DNA of 61,161 nucleotides from Verrucomicrobiota bacterium (GTDB taxonomy: Bacteria > Verrucomicrobiota > Verrucomicrobiia > Limisphaerales > UBA9464), in the NCBI GenBank assembly GCA_008933025.1, contig WBXI01000003.1, positions 1-61,161 on the forward strand, in the 5' to 3' direction. Shown here piece by piece: positions 51,450-61,161 of this stretch. How positions within the stretch are numbered: the first letter of the stretch is position 1; each line of letters opens with the position of its first letter. Under the pieces are notes generated by a model. The model was not told the origin of the DNA. It saw only the letters and a list, made by a program, of their open reading frames with translations, and did no database searches. The position numbers and the translations under genes were made by a program.

Positions 51450-52517
51450 ATGCGCTTCCCCTTCTTCCTGGCCCTCCCGTTCGCACTTGCCGCCGCGTCT
51501 CCCGGCGAGGTCCTGCGCGAGTTCGTCTACGACTCCGCACCGTTTCCCGAGTGCCACGCCTCCACCATCGCCGAAACCCCCGGGGGTCTCGTCGCGTCGT
51601 GGTTCGGCGGCACCAGGGAGAAACATCCCGACGTCGGCATCTGGGTTGCCCGACACGACGCCGGCCATTGGTCGGCTCCCGAAGAGGTCGCCAACGGCGT
51701 CCAGTCGGATGGACGCCGCCTGCCCTGCTGGAATCCCGTGCTCCACGCCGCGCGTTCGGGCGAACTCCTGCTCTTCTACAAAGTGGGGCCGTCGCCCGAT
51801 ACCTGGTGGGGATTGCTCCGGACCAGCCGTGACAACGGCCGCTCTTGGTCCGCCCCGATCCATTTCCCGCGCGACATCCTCGGGCCCGTCCGCAACCACC
51901 CCGTCGAACTCGGCGACGGCACGCTGCTGTGCGGGAGCAGCACCGAGGACGGCGGATGGAAGGTCCACTTCGAGCGCACGAAGGACAACGGCCGGAACTG
52001 GGAACGATCCCCGTCCGTGCCCGACCCGCTCCACGGCGAGTTGATCCAACCGGCCCTTGCAGTCCTCGGCCCCGACCGCGTCGCCGCCTTCTGCCGCAGC
52101 CGGCACGGGGCCATCTACCGCACCGACACCCATGACGGCGGCAAGTCGTGGTCGGAACCCCGCCCCACGTCGCTACCGAATCCCAACAGCGGCATCGACG
52201 CGGTGACGTTGCGCGACGGCAGGATCCTGCTCGTCTACAACCATACCGGCGGCCTCTGGGGCCGGCGTTCGCCGTTGAACGTGGCGCTTTCGAAGGACGG
52301 CGACACGTGGGAGGCCGCGGCCGTGCTCGAGGACGAACCCCAGCGGGAGTTTTCGTACCCGGCCGTGATCCAGACCACCGACGGCCTCGTGCACGTCGCC
52401 TACACCTGGAAACGGAAGCGCATCCGCCACGTCGTGCTCGATCCCTCCAAACTCGAACCCCATCCGATCCGCGATTGGGACCACTCCCTGCGGCCGGCCC
52501 GGCCCGCACAGCCCTAG
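51450..52517 (+). CDS. Secreted BNR/Asp-box beta-propeller (sialidase-like) protein
   Basis: Signal peptide; Asp-boxes SRDNGRSW, TKDNGRNW, THDGGKSW, SKDGDTW; CHASTI, LPNPNSG, FSYPAV. Confidence 0.88.
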   Translation: MRFPFFLALPFALAAASPGEVLREFVYDSAPFPECHASTIAETPGGLVASWFGGTREKHPDVGIWVARHDAGHWSAPEEVANGVQSDGRRLPCWNPVLHAARSGELLLFYKVGPSPDTWWGLLRTSRDNGRSWSAPIHFPRDILGPVRNHPVELGDGTLLCGSSTEDGGWKVHFERTKDNGRNWERSPSVPDPLHGELIQPALAVLGPDRVAAFCRSRHGAIYRTDTHDGGKSWSEPRPTSLPNPNSGIDAVTLRDGRILLVYNHTGGLWGRRSPLNVALSKDGDTWEAAAVLEDEPQREFSYPAVIQTTDGLVHVAYTWKRKRIRHVVLDPSKLEPHPIRDWDHSLRPARPAQP

Positions 52518-52637
52518 CGGCCGTCCGAAAACGCGAAGGCGGCCCGCGGCGGGAGATTTTGGTCCAGGCCGGGGCGTCGAAGGGGGAGCAGACCCGCCGC
52601 CGGACCCTCCCCGAAACGACGGGATCCCCGCGGGTTT

Positions 52638-53066
52638 TCAGACGGGCCCCGGGCCGCGCCGCCCGAATCCAATCCCCTCCAGCACCGCCACGCTGCGCCC
52701 GAGGTCTTTCTCCATCACGAGCACGAGGTCGTTGGTGAAGGCCGACGTGATCACGATGTCGATCCCTTCCCGCGCCAGTGCATCGGCGATCGTCGCGACG
52801 AACCCCACGCAATAGAACGGTTTGCCGCAGCGGATGTTGATCAACCGCCACCGCTCGGGGTTGGCCTCGTGCTCGCCGAGCAGGGGAAGGTTCCCGATGG
52901 CGGTGACCACGGTCGTCTCGTCCGGATCCCGGATCACCATCAGGTGTTGTTCGGCGTGCCGCACCTCCCGGACCCGCGCGTACACGTACACGCCCGGGTC
53001 GACCGCGAACCCACTGGCCCGGATCACCTCCCGGATCGTCTCCCGGTAGTTCGCGTGGGATGCCAT
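52638..53066 (-). CDS. ACT-domain protein (CASTOR/ACT_7-like)
   Basis: DETTVV...WRLI...VGFVATIADALAREGI..VITSAFTNDLVLV. Confidence 0.72.
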   Translation of the reverse strand: MASHANYRETIREVIRASGFAVDPGVYVYARVREVRHAEQHLMVIRDPDETTVVTAIGNLPLLGEHEANPERWRLINIRCGKPFYCVGFVATIADALAREGIDIVITSAFTNDLVLVMEKDLGRSVAVLEGIGFGRRGPGPV

Positions 53067-53121
53067 GGGCGCGGTTCGGTCGCGGGAACCGGCGACGCGC
53101 GCCGGGACCGCTGGGATTGGG

Positions 53122-53895
53122 TCAGGCATCGAGCGCGTACTTGCGCGCGCCCGTCCATTGGCCGAGCAGTTTCCACACGAAGAGCGGATTGTTCCGGAGA
53201 TAGCGCTTCCAGAGGCGCCGCGGCTCCTGCACGAGCCGGTACAACCATTCGAACCCGCTGCGCTGGATCCAGCGCGGGGCCTGGCTCACACGCCCCGCGT
53301 GGAAATCGAAGGCCGCACCCACCCCGAGCATCACCTTGGCGTCGAGCCGTCCGGTCATCGACGCCATGAACCGCTCCTGTTTCGGGGTGCTGAGCCCGAC
53401 CCAGAAGAAGTCGGGGCGCGCCGCCTTCACCCGTGCGGCGAGGTCGCGTTCCTCCGACTCGTTCAACGGCCGGAACGGCGGGGTGTAGGTCCCCACGATC
53501 CGGATCCCGGGAAAGCGCTTTTCGAGATTCGCCTTCAGCTCCTCGGCGACGCCCGTGTTGCCGCCGTAGAAGAAGTGCGTCGCGCCCGAGGTCCGGCTCC
53601 ATTCGAAAACCCGTTCCATCAACTCGGGGCCGTAGACCCGCGACATCGAGGCGTGACCCGCCATCCATCCCAACCAAACCATCGGCATGCCGTCGGGCGT
53701 GGTGAGGAGCGAGCGGTTGTGGATCCGCCGCAGCGCGTCGTCCCCCTGCGACTCGATGACGCCGTGAACGCCGGTGACGCAAACGTAGCCACGACGGTCG
53801 TTGGCGATGGCATCGGCCAGCGTGGCGACGGCCGTGTCGAGGTTGAGCACGGACACGCCGACGCCGAGAACGTTGACCCGGGGCGGCAATAGCAT
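53122..53895 (-). CDS. WecB/TagA/CpsF family glycosyltransferase
   Basis: PDGMPMVW, RVYGPEL, YTPPF, WVGLSTPKQE, GVGAAFDF, GFEWLYRL..EPRRLWKRY. Confidence 0.95.
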   Translation of the reverse strand: MLLPPRVNVLGVGVSVLNLDTAVATLADAIANDRRGYVCVTGVHGVIESQGDDALRRIHNRSLLTTPDGMPMVWLGWMAGHASMSRVYGPELMERVFEWSRTSGATHFFYGGNTGVAEELKANLEKRFPGIRIVGTYTPPFRPLNESEERDLAARVKAARPDFFWVGLSTPKQERFMASMTGRLDAKVMLGVGAAFDFHAGRVSQAPRWIQRSGFEWLYRLVQEPRRLWKRYLRNNPLFVWKLLGQWTGARKYALDA

Positions 53896-54069
53896 GGGCG
53901 GAGCTTCCGTTCCCGGCGCCCGGACTTCAAACCGGAAACCGACGGGAACGGCGCGGCGCATGCCACCGCACCGGTTGCCATGGGAAATTTCGCGCTTCGC
54001 GCCATTCCCCGCACTCCGCTAACCTCCGCCGATCGCAGTACAACACTGTCGCCAGCCATCACGCCCGTC

Positions 54070-55338
54070 ATGAACACCGTCACCGCCCTGAAAACCATCA
54101 AGGGCTCGACCAAGACCAAGGTCGAAGCCGAACTGTCCCGTACCGGCGGCCTGCTCCGCCTCGCCCCGGCCTGGGTTCCCCGCGCCTTCCTCCAGCCCGG
54201 CCTCCGCCTCAAGCTGCATCCCGACGACACCTATGCGTACGGCGCGGACCGCGGCGGCATCGACGAACGTTGGTTCGCGTCGACGACCGAGGCCGCGAAC
54301 GAAGGCCGCGTGCCCGACGAGGGCCTGAGCTACGTGGTCGTGGGCAACGAGCGCTTCACCCTCCGCAAGGCGGTCGAGGACGGCGGGGCAACGCTCGTCG
54401 GCAAGGCGATCTGGAAGAAGTACGGCCGTTGGCCCGTGTACTCGAAGTTCTTCGACAACATGGGACCGATCCCCCACCACATGCACCAGAGCGCCAAGCA
54501 GGCGAAGCTGGTGGGCCAGGAAGGCAAACCCGAGTCGTATTACTTCCCGCCCCAGCACAACAACGTGGGGAACAATTTCCCCTACACGTTCATGGGCTTC
54601 GAACCCGGCACCACCAAGGCGCAGGTGCGGAAATGCCTCGAGGATTGGAACAAGGGCGACAACGGCATCCTCGACCTGTCCAAAGCCTACCGCCTCAAGC
54701 CCGGTACCGGGTGGCTCATCGATCCCTGCATCCTCCACGCGCCCGGCTCGCTCTGCACCTACGAGCCGCAGTGGGGCAGCGACGTCTTCGGCATGTACCA
54801 GAGCATGGTCGAGGGCCGCTACGTGCCCTGGCGCCTCCTCGTGAAGGACATGCCCAAGGCCAAGCACCAGGACCTCGACTTCATCGTCGACCAGCTCGAC
54901 TGGGACAAGAACGTCGATCCGAAGTTCAAGGACAACCACTACCTCGAGCCCGTGCCCGTCGCCGACACCCGGAAGGAAGGGTTCGTCGACCGCTGGATCG
55001 TCTACGGCAAGGTGGACGGCGAACAGTTGTTCACCGCCAAGGAACTCACCGTGAACCCCGGCGTGAAGACCACGATCCGCGACAACGGCGCCTACGGCCT
55101 CATCTGCGTGCAAGGCTGCGGCAAGATCAACGGATTGCCGTTGAACAGCCCGAAGCTCATCCGATTCCACGAACTCACCGAAGACGAGTACTTCGCCACC
55201 GAGGACGGCGCCAAGGCCGGCGTCACCTTCGAGAACACCAGCGAGACCGAGCCCCTCGTGGTGCTCCGCTACTTCGGGCCCGAGGTGAATCCCGACGCCC
55301 CGGTCATGGGCGCCTACCGCAAGAACAAGTTCGCCTGA
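54070..55338 (+). CDS. Conserved hypothetical cupin protein, phosphomannose-isomerase-like
   Basis: ERWFAST, WPVYSKFFD, PIPHHMHQ, KPESYYF, LHAPGS; strongly GC3-biased codons suggest high expression. Confidence 0.8.
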   Translation: MNTVTALKTIKGSTKTKVEAELSRTGGLLRLAPAWVPRAFLQPGLRLKLHPDDTYAYGADRGGIDERWFASTTEAANEGRVPDEGLSYVVVGNERFTLRKAVEDGGATLVGKAIWKKYGRWPVYSKFFDNMGPIPHHMHQSAKQAKLVGQEGKPESYYFPPQHNNVGNNFPYTFMGFEPGTTKAQVRKCLEDWNKGDNGILDLSKAYRLKPGTGWLIDPCILHAPGSLCTYEPQWGSDVFGMYQSMVEGRYVPWRLLVKDMPKAKHQDLDFIVDQLDWDKNVDPKFKDNHYLEPVPVADTRKEGFVDRWIVYGKVDGEQLFTAKELTVNPGVKTTIRDNGAYGLICVQGCGKINGLPLNSPKLIRFHELTEDEYFATEDGAKAGVTFENTSETEPLVVLRYFGPEVNPDAPVMGAYRKNKFA

Positions 55339-55374
55339 GCGGCGCGGCGCCGTCCCGCGACGGCCGCCCCTTCC

Positions 55375-55406
55375 AAGCCGGGCCTGGCGACGGGCCCGGC
55401 TTTCTT
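55375..55406 (+). terminator. Terminator hairpin between convergent genes
   Basis: AAGCCGGGCC...GGCCCGGCTT followed by TCTT. Confidence 0.65.
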
Positions 55407-55421
55407 GCGCCCGGACCCGGA

Positions 55422-55814
55422 CTACGCGCCGGCCTTCGGTGCCTTGTCGGCGCCCCAGCGACGCGAATCGGGCCGCAGGCGGTAGGACGCCACGAGCAAG
55501 GCGAGCGCGACGAGTGGCGAGATCGACTGCGGCTTCTCGCCCATGGCGAGGTGCGTCCAGAAGGCGCCGATGAAGGCGAACGTGAACCCGGCGTACGCCC
55601 ACTCCTTGAGTCTCGCGAAGCCGGGCGCGAGCAGCGCGAGCGCGCCCAGCAGGTACGCCGTGCCGAGGATGTCCATGAAGTACGGCGGATAGCCGAGCTT
55701 CTTGGTGCCCTCGACGGCCTGCGGGTTGTGCGTGAGGCTCATCACCGCCGACATCGTCATGAACCCGGCGATGAGCACGGTGGAAAACCAGTAGAGGATG
55801 GGCCGGAGCTTCAT
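55422..55814 (-). CDS. DoxX family membrane protein
   Basis: LYWFST, LGYPPYF..ILG, RLKEWAYAGF. Confidence 0.9.
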   Translation of the reverse strand: MKLRPILYWFSTVLIAGFMTMSAVMSLTHNPQAVEGTKKLGYPPYFMDILGTAYLLGALALLAPGFARLKEWAYAGFTFAFIGAFWTHLAMGEKPQSISPLVALALLVASYRLRPDSRRWGADKAPKAGA

Positions 55815-56039
55815 GGCAATTGGAGGCCGGAGGGTCCCATGCCGCGTGGCGTTGGCGAGGAGGAAACCGGCCGCCAACGGCGGGCATCCGCTTGGCTTGA
55901 TGCTTGCCCGCCAAGCGCGACCCATGCGAAAGCCTCGCCCATGCCCGCACGGAATGGCGCCGGTTCTCGCGAACGGGTCGACCCACCCGAACGCCAACCC
56001 CGCCCCCGACGGCATCGACCTCTCCATCGACCCGCGCCC

Positions 56040-57086
56040 ATGAACTCCCCCGCACTGCTCCTCGCCGCCACCCTCTTCGCGCTCTCCCTCGGCGCCGCGT
56101 CGTTGTCCAACGTCGCCGGCACCGGCAACGCGGGCTCCGACGGCGACGGCGGTCCCGCGATCCGCGCGACCCTCGACAACCCCTTCGGCGTCGTGCGCGG
56201 CCCGGACCGCGCCCTGTGGTTCGCCGACTACGCCGCCCACGTCGTCCGCCGCATCGCGCCCGACGGCACCATCGCCACCGTCTTCGGACGCGAGGCCGGG
56301 CTCGAGCACCCGCACGAGATCCGCTTCGACCGCGACGGAAGCCTCTTCATCGCCGACACCGACCACCACGTTGTCCGGCGCGTGGATGCGCGGACGCGCG
56401 CGGTCACCACCTTCGCCGGCACCGGCAAGCCCGGATACTCGGGCGACGGCGGGCCCGCCGGGCAGGCGCAGTTCCGGATGCCCATCAGCATCCAGTTCGC
56501 ACCCTCGGGCGACCTCTACATTGCGGACATCGGCAACCATGCCATCCGTCGGGTCGACGCCAAGTCACTCATCGTCGCGACCGTGGCGGGAATCGGGACC
56601 GCCGGCCCCACGCCGGACGGATCCCCGATCCGAGGCACGGCGTTGAACGGGCCGCGTTCGCTCGATTTCGACGCCGAGGGAAATCTTTGGTTGGTCACGC
56701 GCGAGGGGAACCAATTGCTCCGTCTCGATCTGGCAAAGGGGGTCGTCCACATCGCGGCCGGCACGGGCCGAAAGGGTCTGGCGGGCGACGGCGGCCCCGC
56801 GCGGGAAGCCTCCCTGAACGGTCCGAAAGGAATCGCCGTGGGACCCGACGGAGGAGTGTATTTGGCCGACACCGAGAACCACGTCGTCCGGCGATTCGAT
56901 CCCCGGCGCGGCACGATCGAGCGGGTGGCCGGCACCGGCGAACGGGGCGATGGACCGGTGGGAAATCCGCTGTCGGCCAGACTGTCCCGGCCGCATGGCG
57001 TGTTCGTGGAAGCCGACGGCTCGGTGCTGATCGGCGACAGCGAGAGCCACCGGATCCGCGTGGTGACGGCCCCGAGGGCGAAGTAA
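56040..57086 (+). CDS. Secreted NHL-repeat beta-propeller protein
   Basis: Signal peptide; repeats AGTG..G.SGDGGPA..A.L..P.G....DG.LYIAD..NH.VRR. Confidence 0.9.
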   Translation: MNSPALLLAATLFALSLGAASLSNVAGTGNAGSDGDGGPAIRATLDNPFGVVRGPDRALWFADYAAHVVRRIAPDGTIATVFGREAGLEHPHEIRFDRDGSLFIADTDHHVVRRVDARTRAVTTFAGTGKPGYSGDGGPAGQAQFRMPISIQFAPSGDLYIADIGNHAIRRVDAKSLIVATVAGIGTAGPTPDGSPIRGTALNGPRSLDFDAEGNLWLVTREGNQLLRLDLAKGVVHIAAGTGRKGLAGDGGPAREASLNGPKGIAVGPDGGVYLADTENHVVRRFDPRRGTIERVAGTGERGDGPVGNPLSARLSRPHGVFVEADGSVLIGDSESHRIRVVTAPRAK

Positions 57087-57163
57087 CCGGCGGCGGACCC
57101 TGCCCGGATTCGATTCCGACCCGCGCCCTTGCCTGCCGCCGCCCGGTCGGGCATGAACCCCTC

Positions 57164-58309
57164 GTGATCCCGCCGTCCCGTCGTTTCCGGCTCGCCGCTT
57201 TCTTTGCCTTGGTGGCATTCGCCGCCCCGGCCTTCCCCGCGCCGACACCTGCCGGGCCCCGGTTCCTCGATCTCGCCGGCCAAACTTCCCGTCAGGTCGT
57301 CGTCGACCGCGAGCCCGGCCAATACCTCGGCCATCCCACCACGGTTCTCCTCGAGGACGGCCACACCATCCTCGTGGTCTATCCCAAGGGGCATGGACGC
57401 GGTCCGATCCAGTACAAGCGGTCCGCCGACGGTGGCAAGACGTGGTCGGAACGGCTTCCCGTTCCCGCCACCTGGGCCACTTCCAAGGAAACCCCCACGA
57501 TCCACCGCGTCGTCGATGCCCACGGCAAACGGCGGTTGGTCCTGTTTTCGGGACTTTATCCGGTCCGCACCGCGTTGTCGGAGGACGATGGCCTGCATTG
57601 GACGGAACTCCTGCCGGCCGGCGAGTGGGGCGGGATCGTGGCCATGGGATCGGTCGAGCCCACGGCCGCTCCGGGATCCTATCTGGCCCTGTTCCACGAC
57701 GACGGCCGCTATTTCCTGTCGCGATCGCTCGCCGTCCAACCCACCGCCTTCACCCTCTACTCCACGCGCTCCACCGACGGCGGCATCACGTGGTCCTTCC
57801 CCGAAACCATCCTGTCGCGCTCCGACATCCACCTCTGCGAACCCGGCGCGCTCCGTTCCCCCGACGGGCGCGAAATCGCCGTGTTGCTCCGCGAGAATTC
57901 CCGGACCCGGAACAGTTTTCTCATCACCAGCCGCGACGACGGCCGCAGTTGGTCGGCGCCAAGGGAACTCCCCGCCGCGCTGACGGGCGACCGGCACACC
58001 GCGAAATACACCCGCGACGGCCGGCTCTTCGTCTCGTTCCGCGACATGGCGGCGAAGAGCGCGACCCACGGCGACTGGGTGGCTTGGGTGGGACGCTACG
58101 ACGACATCGCCCGCGGCCGTCCCGGCCAATACCGGGTCCGCCTGATGGACAACACCGGGGGCTCCGATTGCGCCTACCCGGGGGTCGAGGTGCTGCCGGA
58201 CGACACGGTCGTGACGACGACCTACGGGCACTGGGCGAAGGGAGAGATGCCGTACATCATGAGCGTGCGACTCAAACTCGCCGAGTTGGACGCCATGGCC
58301 GGCCGCTGA
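57164..58309 (+). CDS. Secreted BNR/Asp-box (sialidase family) protein
   Basis: Signal peptide; YLGHPTTV; SADGGKTW, SEDDGLHW, STDGGITW, SRDDGRSW; DCAYPG. Confidence 0.88.
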   Translation: MIPPSRRFRLAAFFALVAFAAPAFPAPTPAGPRFLDLAGQTSRQVVVDREPGQYLGHPTTVLLEDGHTILVVYPKGHGRGPIQYKRSADGGKTWSERLPVPATWATSKETPTIHRVVDAHGKRRLVLFSGLYPVRTALSEDDGLHWTELLPAGEWGGIVAMGSVEPTAAPGSYLALFHDDGRYFLSRSLAVQPTAFTLYSTRSTDGGITWSFPETILSRSDIHLCEPGALRSPDGREIAVLLRENSRTRNSFLITSRDDGRSWSAPRELPAALTGDRHTAKYTRDGRLFVSFRDMAAKSATHGDWVAWVGRYDDIARGRPGQYRVRLMDNTGGSDCAYPGVEVLPDDTVVTTTYGHWAKGEMPYIMSVRLKLAELDAMAGR

Positions 58310-58346
58310 CGGGCCGGTCGCACGTTGGCCGGGTCGGGTGCCCGAC

Positions 58347-59282
58347 CTACGCGACCTCGCGCTGCAGGACCCGGCCATCGGCGGCCACGATCCAGAATCG
58401 TCCCGTCGTTTCCCCGCCCCAGTCCCCGCCGCGCACCAGCAGCGCCGTCGACAACGCGTCCCCTTCCAAAGCCGAGGCGGAGGTCGCCGCCGCCAGCCAT
58501 GCGCCCACCACCGGTTCGCCGGTACGGGGGTCGATCACGTGCCCGTAGGTGCGCCCACCGGATGCGAACGAACGTCCCCACACCGCGCTGACCGACAACG
58601 TCGAGTCGCGCAGGGCGATCCGCGGCGCGGCACCGCCCGGCCAGCGCCACGGGAATCCCGGCGGCGGATCGGGCAAAGCCAACGTCCAGGGGTTTCCCGC
58701 CGGATCCTTGCCCATCGCGCAGACCGAACTCGTGCCGCCATGGATCAGCGCGTTCCCGACGCCCGCCTCATGCAGGACGCGGACGGCCATGTCGAGCGCA
58801 TGCCCTTTGCCGGCAGCCCCGGGATCCAGGCGGAGGCCCGGCCGCAGGAACCGGACGGCGCACGCCCCGGGATCGAGCTCCACGTGCCGCCATCCCACGC
58901 GGGACTGCGCCAGGGCAACCGCGGCCGGGTCGGGAACCCGGCCGCGTTCGCGCGCCTCGTTCCACAACCGCACCAACGGACCGACCGTGGGGTCGAAGGC
59001 GCCGCCGGATCGGGCGGCCAGCGCGAGCACACGCTCCAGAAACGAGAAAAGCCGCGGGTCGACCCGGACCCATCCCTGCCCCGCCGTCTCGTTGACGCGC
59101 GCCAAGGCCGAATGCGGACGGAAGGCCGACAGCAAATCCTCAGCGAACGCGATTTCGTCGAGGGCTTCCTCCGCCGCGGCGCGCAATCGCGCGGGCTCGG
59201 CGCCGTGCAGCACCACCTCGAAGCGCGTCGCCATCGCGGCCCGGGCAACGCGCACCAGCGGATCGGGAATGGCGGAGCCCAT
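58347..59282 (-). CDS. apbE: FAD:protein FMN transferase
   Basis: AMATRF, GAFDPTVGPLVRLW, LDPGAAGKGHALD, GHVIDPRTG, DALSTAL. Confidence 0.92.
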   Translation of the reverse strand: MGSAIPDPLVRVARAAMATRFEVVLHGAEPARLRAAAEEALDEIAFAEDLLSAFRPHSALARVNETAGQGWVRVDPRLFSFLERVLALAARSGGAFDPTVGPLVRLWNEARERGRVPDPAAVALAQSRVGWRHVELDPGACAVRFLRPGLRLDPGAAGKGHALDMAVRVLHEAGVGNALIHGGTSSVCAMGKDPAGNPWTLALPDPPPGFPWRWPGGAAPRIALRDSTLSVSAVWGRSFASGGRTYGHVIDPRTGEPVVGAWLAAATSASALEGDALSTALLVRGGDWGGETTGRFWIVAADGRVLQREVA

Positions 59283-59306
59283 GGCGTTTTCCCCGGGGAA
59301 CCCCCG

Positions 59307-60800
59307 TCAGCCGAGCAGGTATTCGGCGACGTTCTCCGCGCTTCCGGGCTCGGGATCGACGCCGGCGACCAGGGATTCCTGCGGATTGCGGAACCGGACC
59401 CCGGCGAAACCGACGTAGCGCTCGAATACCTCGGTGTTCTCGATGAAGCCCGAGAAAGCGTCCGCACCCGGACCCAGCGCCAGGAGGGGCACGTGGTCGG
59501 AAGTGTGTTGGGTGCTGGTGAAACTGATCCCCGTGTGGTTTGCCAGCACCTGGCCCATCGCGCCGACATCCGAGTTGAGGCCGTCGAACAACGCGTAGCC
59601 CTTCTTCTTCAGGAACGGTTCCACCAACTCGCGGCGCCGCGGCGCGATCATGTAGCCCGTCGACTCGAACAGGCGCGCGGCGAATTGCCCCGCGTCCTCC
59701 GCCAACACCAACCGCTTCCCGAGCTCGGGTATCGACTGCCGGATCGACAGCAGGTTGCGGAAGGCCTGGTTGCTCTTCTCGTAGTTGTCGCCGATGCCGT
59801 TCAACCCCGGGTTGCCGGTCGCATGGTCGGTGGTGATCACCAGCAGGGTGTCCGGATGTTCCCTCTGGAACCCGAGGCAGACGTCGATCGCCTCGTCGAA
59901 CGCGATCATCTCGCGGATCGCGGCGGCCGCGTCGTCGTTGTGGCATCCCATGTCCACGCGGCCACCCTCGACCTGCAGCACGAAACGCTCCGCTTGGCCC
60001 AACCGCCGCAGCGCTGCCCGCGTCATCGCGGCCAACTGGGGGACGGTCTCCACCTTCGAGATGCCGCCGAACTGGTCGATCACGTAGGGAAGGTGGCCGC
60101 CCGCGAAAATGCCCAGCCACGGCGCGTCGAAAGGTGCCGACGCCAGATCCCCGGGCGTGTCCATCACCGCGTACCCGCGGGACCGGAAATCACCGCGGAG
60201 ATCGCGCTTGTCCCTGCGACTCTCCTTCGCGAAGTGCTTCCGGCCCCCGCCCAGCATCACGTCGACCCGGCGCTCGAGATACTGGAGCGCGATGTCCTCG
60301 CCGTCCGCGCGGCTCTTCACGCAGGCCGCGAACCCCGCCGGCGTGGCGTGGGTGACCTCGGTGGTCGTCACCAACCCCCGCTGCCAGCCCGCCGCCCCGA
60401 GCACCTCGTACAACGTCACCAACTTCCCGCCCGAACTCGTCTGGTTCACCTTCCCGTTCGGAATCCTCACCCCGCTGCCCCACGCGGACGACGACGCCGA
60501 GGAATCCGTCACCCACGAGCTTTGCGAACGGACGTCCATGAACGCCATGCGCAGTTCCGGACGACGGGTCAGCTCGAACCAAGTCAACGGCCGGTGCCGG
60601 GTGAGCCGGGAGTAATGGTTCGCGCAGGTCAGGATCCCGGAACTCATGCCGTCCGCCACCAGGTGGATGATGTGGCGCGGGGTCCCCGTCCCGATGGGCG
60701 CCGGACGCACCCCGACCGACGCGGACGGACGGGCGACGCAGGCGCCGCCCAACACCGGGGCGGCGGCCAGCGACTGCAGGAATGCGCGGCGGGTTTTCAC
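59307..60800 (-). CDS. Tat-exported alkaline phosphatase (PhoA family)
   Basis: GTG start, KTRRAFLQ; LVADGM, VTDSSAS, THATPA, VEGGRVD..CH, TTDH, HTSDHV. Confidence 0.92.
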   Translation of the reverse strand: MKTRRAFLQSLAAAPVLGGACVARPSASVGVRPAPIGTGTPRHIIHLVADGMSSGILTCANHYSRLTRHRPLTWFELTRRPELRMAFMDVRSQSSWVTDSSASSSAWGSGVRIPNGKVNQTSSGGKLVTLYEVLGAAGWQRGLVTTTEVTHATPAGFAACVKSRADGEDIALQYLERRVDVMLGGGRKHFAKESRRDKRDLRGDFRSRGYAVMDTPGDLASAPFDAPWLGIFAGGHLPYVIDQFGGISKVETVPQLAAMTRAALRRLGQAERFVLQVEGGRVDMGCHNDDAAAAIREMIAFDEAIDVCLGFQREHPDTLLVITTDHATGNPGLNGIGDNYEKSNQAFRNLLSIRQSIPELGKRLVLAEDAGQFAARLFESTGYMIAPRRRELVEPFLKKKGYALFDGLNSDVGAMGQVLANHTGISFTSTQHTSDHVPLLALGPGADAFSGFIENTEVFERYVGFAGVRFRNPQESLVAGVDPEPGSAENVAEYLLG

Positions 60801-60926
60801 GGATGAACGGACCCGAGAGTAATCATCGGCCCGGTCCGACAAAGGAAATCCCGGCAACGTTGCCGTGTCCGCGACGTCGCGGCCGTGTGCCGTGGGTTCG
60901 CCGCCCGGAAGTGCCCCGGCATTCGG

Positions 60927-61161
60927 TCACGGTTGCCCGAGGATTTCCCGGATCCGCTTCCACGCGGCGTCGCGGGCCTTCCGGTTGGCCTCGCTGGCGT
61001 CCGGTGCCTCGCCGGCACGCAGGAAACCGTGCCCCGCGCCTTCGTAGGTCACCGGTTCGTACCGCTTCCCCGCCGCCTTCATGAGTTCCGCGGATTTCGG
61101 GATCGTCGCGTTCACGCGGGCGTCGTTGCCCCCGTAAAAACCAAAGACCGGCGCCTTGATC
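60927..61161 (-). CDS. Dienelactone hydrolase family protein (3' part; truncated by the window edge)
   Basis: IKAPVFGFYGGNDARVN...YEGAGHGFLR...ARDAAWKR. Confidence 0.88.
   Translation of the reverse strand, partial: IKAPVFGFYGGNDARVNATIPKSAELMKAAGKRYEPVTYEGAGHGFLRAGEAPDASEANRKARDAAWKRIREILGQP

Noticed and set aside
51336-52517. tRNA-Gln as an integration site for a genomic island
   Set aside because: No integrase, no duplicated tRNA 3' end seen in the window, and no compositional break downstream.

Overview
High-GC (about 68-70% by eye) bacterial chromosome segment. Gene content, Tat/Ig/BNR/DUF1080 proteins, a '...RFYRV' C-terminus and the scarcity of Shine-Dalgarno sites suggest Verrucomicrobiota (Pedosphaerales/Limisphaerales-like); this is an inference. 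It holds about 55 genes. Housekeeping: rpsB-tsf, surA-pdxA, DAHP synthase, moeA, pepP, glgC, glgB, tRNA-Gln(UUG). Envelope/glycan: heptose kinase + gmhB, five GT4s, a flippase, WecA, WecG, and an EPS export operon (barrel-wzc-wza-FHA). Also several secreted carbohydrate or peptide hydrolases. No prophage, CRISPR array or rRNA was seen; a probable IS end lies at the left edge. The most notable observations are: (1) a minus-strand run at 25.7-29.5 kb with an Ig/cohesin-like exported protein bearing a distinctive C-terminal domain, an outer-membrane beta-barrel and a lipoprotein, which is a candidate undescribed surface-display/secretion module; (2) an exported CX5R phosphatase-fold/c-type cytochrome fusion; (3) a stand-alone C-terminal half of CarB with its own promoter; (4) an intrinsic terminator inside the EPS operon; (5) tandem coiled-coil paralogs ending in LysM versus a histone-like tail. 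All calls come from motif recognition by eye, without database searches.
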